Positions 23,706 to 24,000 of a DNA stretch of 24,000 bases are shown here, in pieces. The notes beneath the pieces were generated by a model. That model ran no database searches and had not been told where the DNA came from. It saw only the letters and a list, made by a program, of their open reading frames with translations. Source of the DNA: an uncultured Thermoplasmatales archaeon (lineage in GTDB: Archaea > Thermoplasmatota > E2 > DHVEG-1). Position 1 is the stretch's first letter. Each line of letters opens with the position of its first letter. The stretch covers positions 6,538 through 30,537 of the forward strand of contig CAYGAC010000006.1 of assembly GCA_964347865.1 (NCBI GenBank), given 5' to 3'. A program made the position numbers and the translations under genes.

Positions 23706-24000
23706 ATGAAAAAGAAAAGGAAAATATCTAAAAATTGATTTGAATCAATTTGCTTTTACAATTGCCAAATCTCAAGGGTTATGGTGTAAGGGAGTATTTT
23801 ATTATACCGCCCCTCCATATCAAAGCCCAAATCCTACTGATCAAGAGAAAGAAAATCTAAACATGATAAATTTGTTAATAAAATGAGTAGTATTCCAAAT
23901 TTTTTTATTAGACAAGGAAGATGCCAGAAGACAGATGATGGATTTCAACAAAAAGGTGTTGATACATTACTCACAATGGATTTAACAGAAGTTGCTATGA
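23706..24000 (+). pseudogene. NYN/LabA-like nuclease-domain gene remnant with at least two frame disruptions (continues past the right edge)
   Basis: Three collinear pieces in two frames. (a) ATG 23706, MKKKRKISKN then stop, with GAGGGAGG SD upstream. (b) From 23731, KIDLNQFAFTIAKSQGLWCKGVFYYTAPPYQSPNPTDQEKEN.., stop at 23883-23885. (c) From 23841, ..KHDKFVNKMSSIPNFFIRQGRCQKTDDGFQQKGVDTLLTMDLTEVAM. The pattern ID...L....R.YYY.A......F...L.....G......QKGVD..L..D is NYN-like. The N-terminal DG.N strand appears to be missing. Confidence 0.45.

Noticed and set aside
1-24000. Searched for CRISPR arrays, rRNA genes, transposase or IS terminal inverted repeats, and tRNA introns.
   Set aside because: No regularly spaced repeats of 24-40 nt, no rRNA-like conserved stretches and no transposase-like ORFs. 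All three tRNAs fold without introns.

Overview
AT-rich window that looks archaeal. The tRNAs are archaeal-type with no encoded CCA, and tRNA-Gln has an A1-U72 pair. There is also a NikR, a tandem DUF2582-like winged helix, and secreted proteins dense in N-x-S/T sequons. I cannot assign a lineage.

Layout, left to right:
(1) 1-1400: secreted-protein genes, namely a partial C25/gingipain-like peptidase running off the left edge and a small beta-sandwich protein.
(2) 1700-7900: a regulator-rich, ORF-poor stretch. It holds a 4xHTH repeat protein, divergent nikR and His-rich membrane protein genes, a tandem wHTH protein, a small ORF, a tyrosine integrase and an RHH protein. It ends at the 3' end of tRNA-Glu, so I read at least its right part as an integrated element. 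A TTCGGTTAA-N5-TTAACCGAA motif family is scattered through it.
(3) 7908-10942: tRNA-Glu(UUC), tRNA-Gln(UUG), a bacterial-type glutaminyl-tRNA synthetase, a membrane protein and tRNA-Gln(CUG).
(4) 11000-14700: four minus-strand genes I cannot name, including a translationally coupled pair whose first member carries a transglutaminase/papain-like Cys-His-Asp pattern.
(5) 14860-23400: a surface-protein cluster. It holds a 1356-aa PA/M28-peptidase + 2xPKD + beta-helix protein, two divergent NosD-like beta-helix paralogs and a small secreted protein.
(6) 23700-24000: a frame-disrupted NYN/LabA-like remnant.

No CRISPR array or rRNA was seen.

Best candidates for something new: the GlnRS + tRNA-Gln x2 block beside the integrase, the transglutaminase-like two-gene cassette, and the inverted-repeat operator family paired with single-chain multi-HTH proteins. 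All functional calls rest on motif recognition by eye, with no database search.
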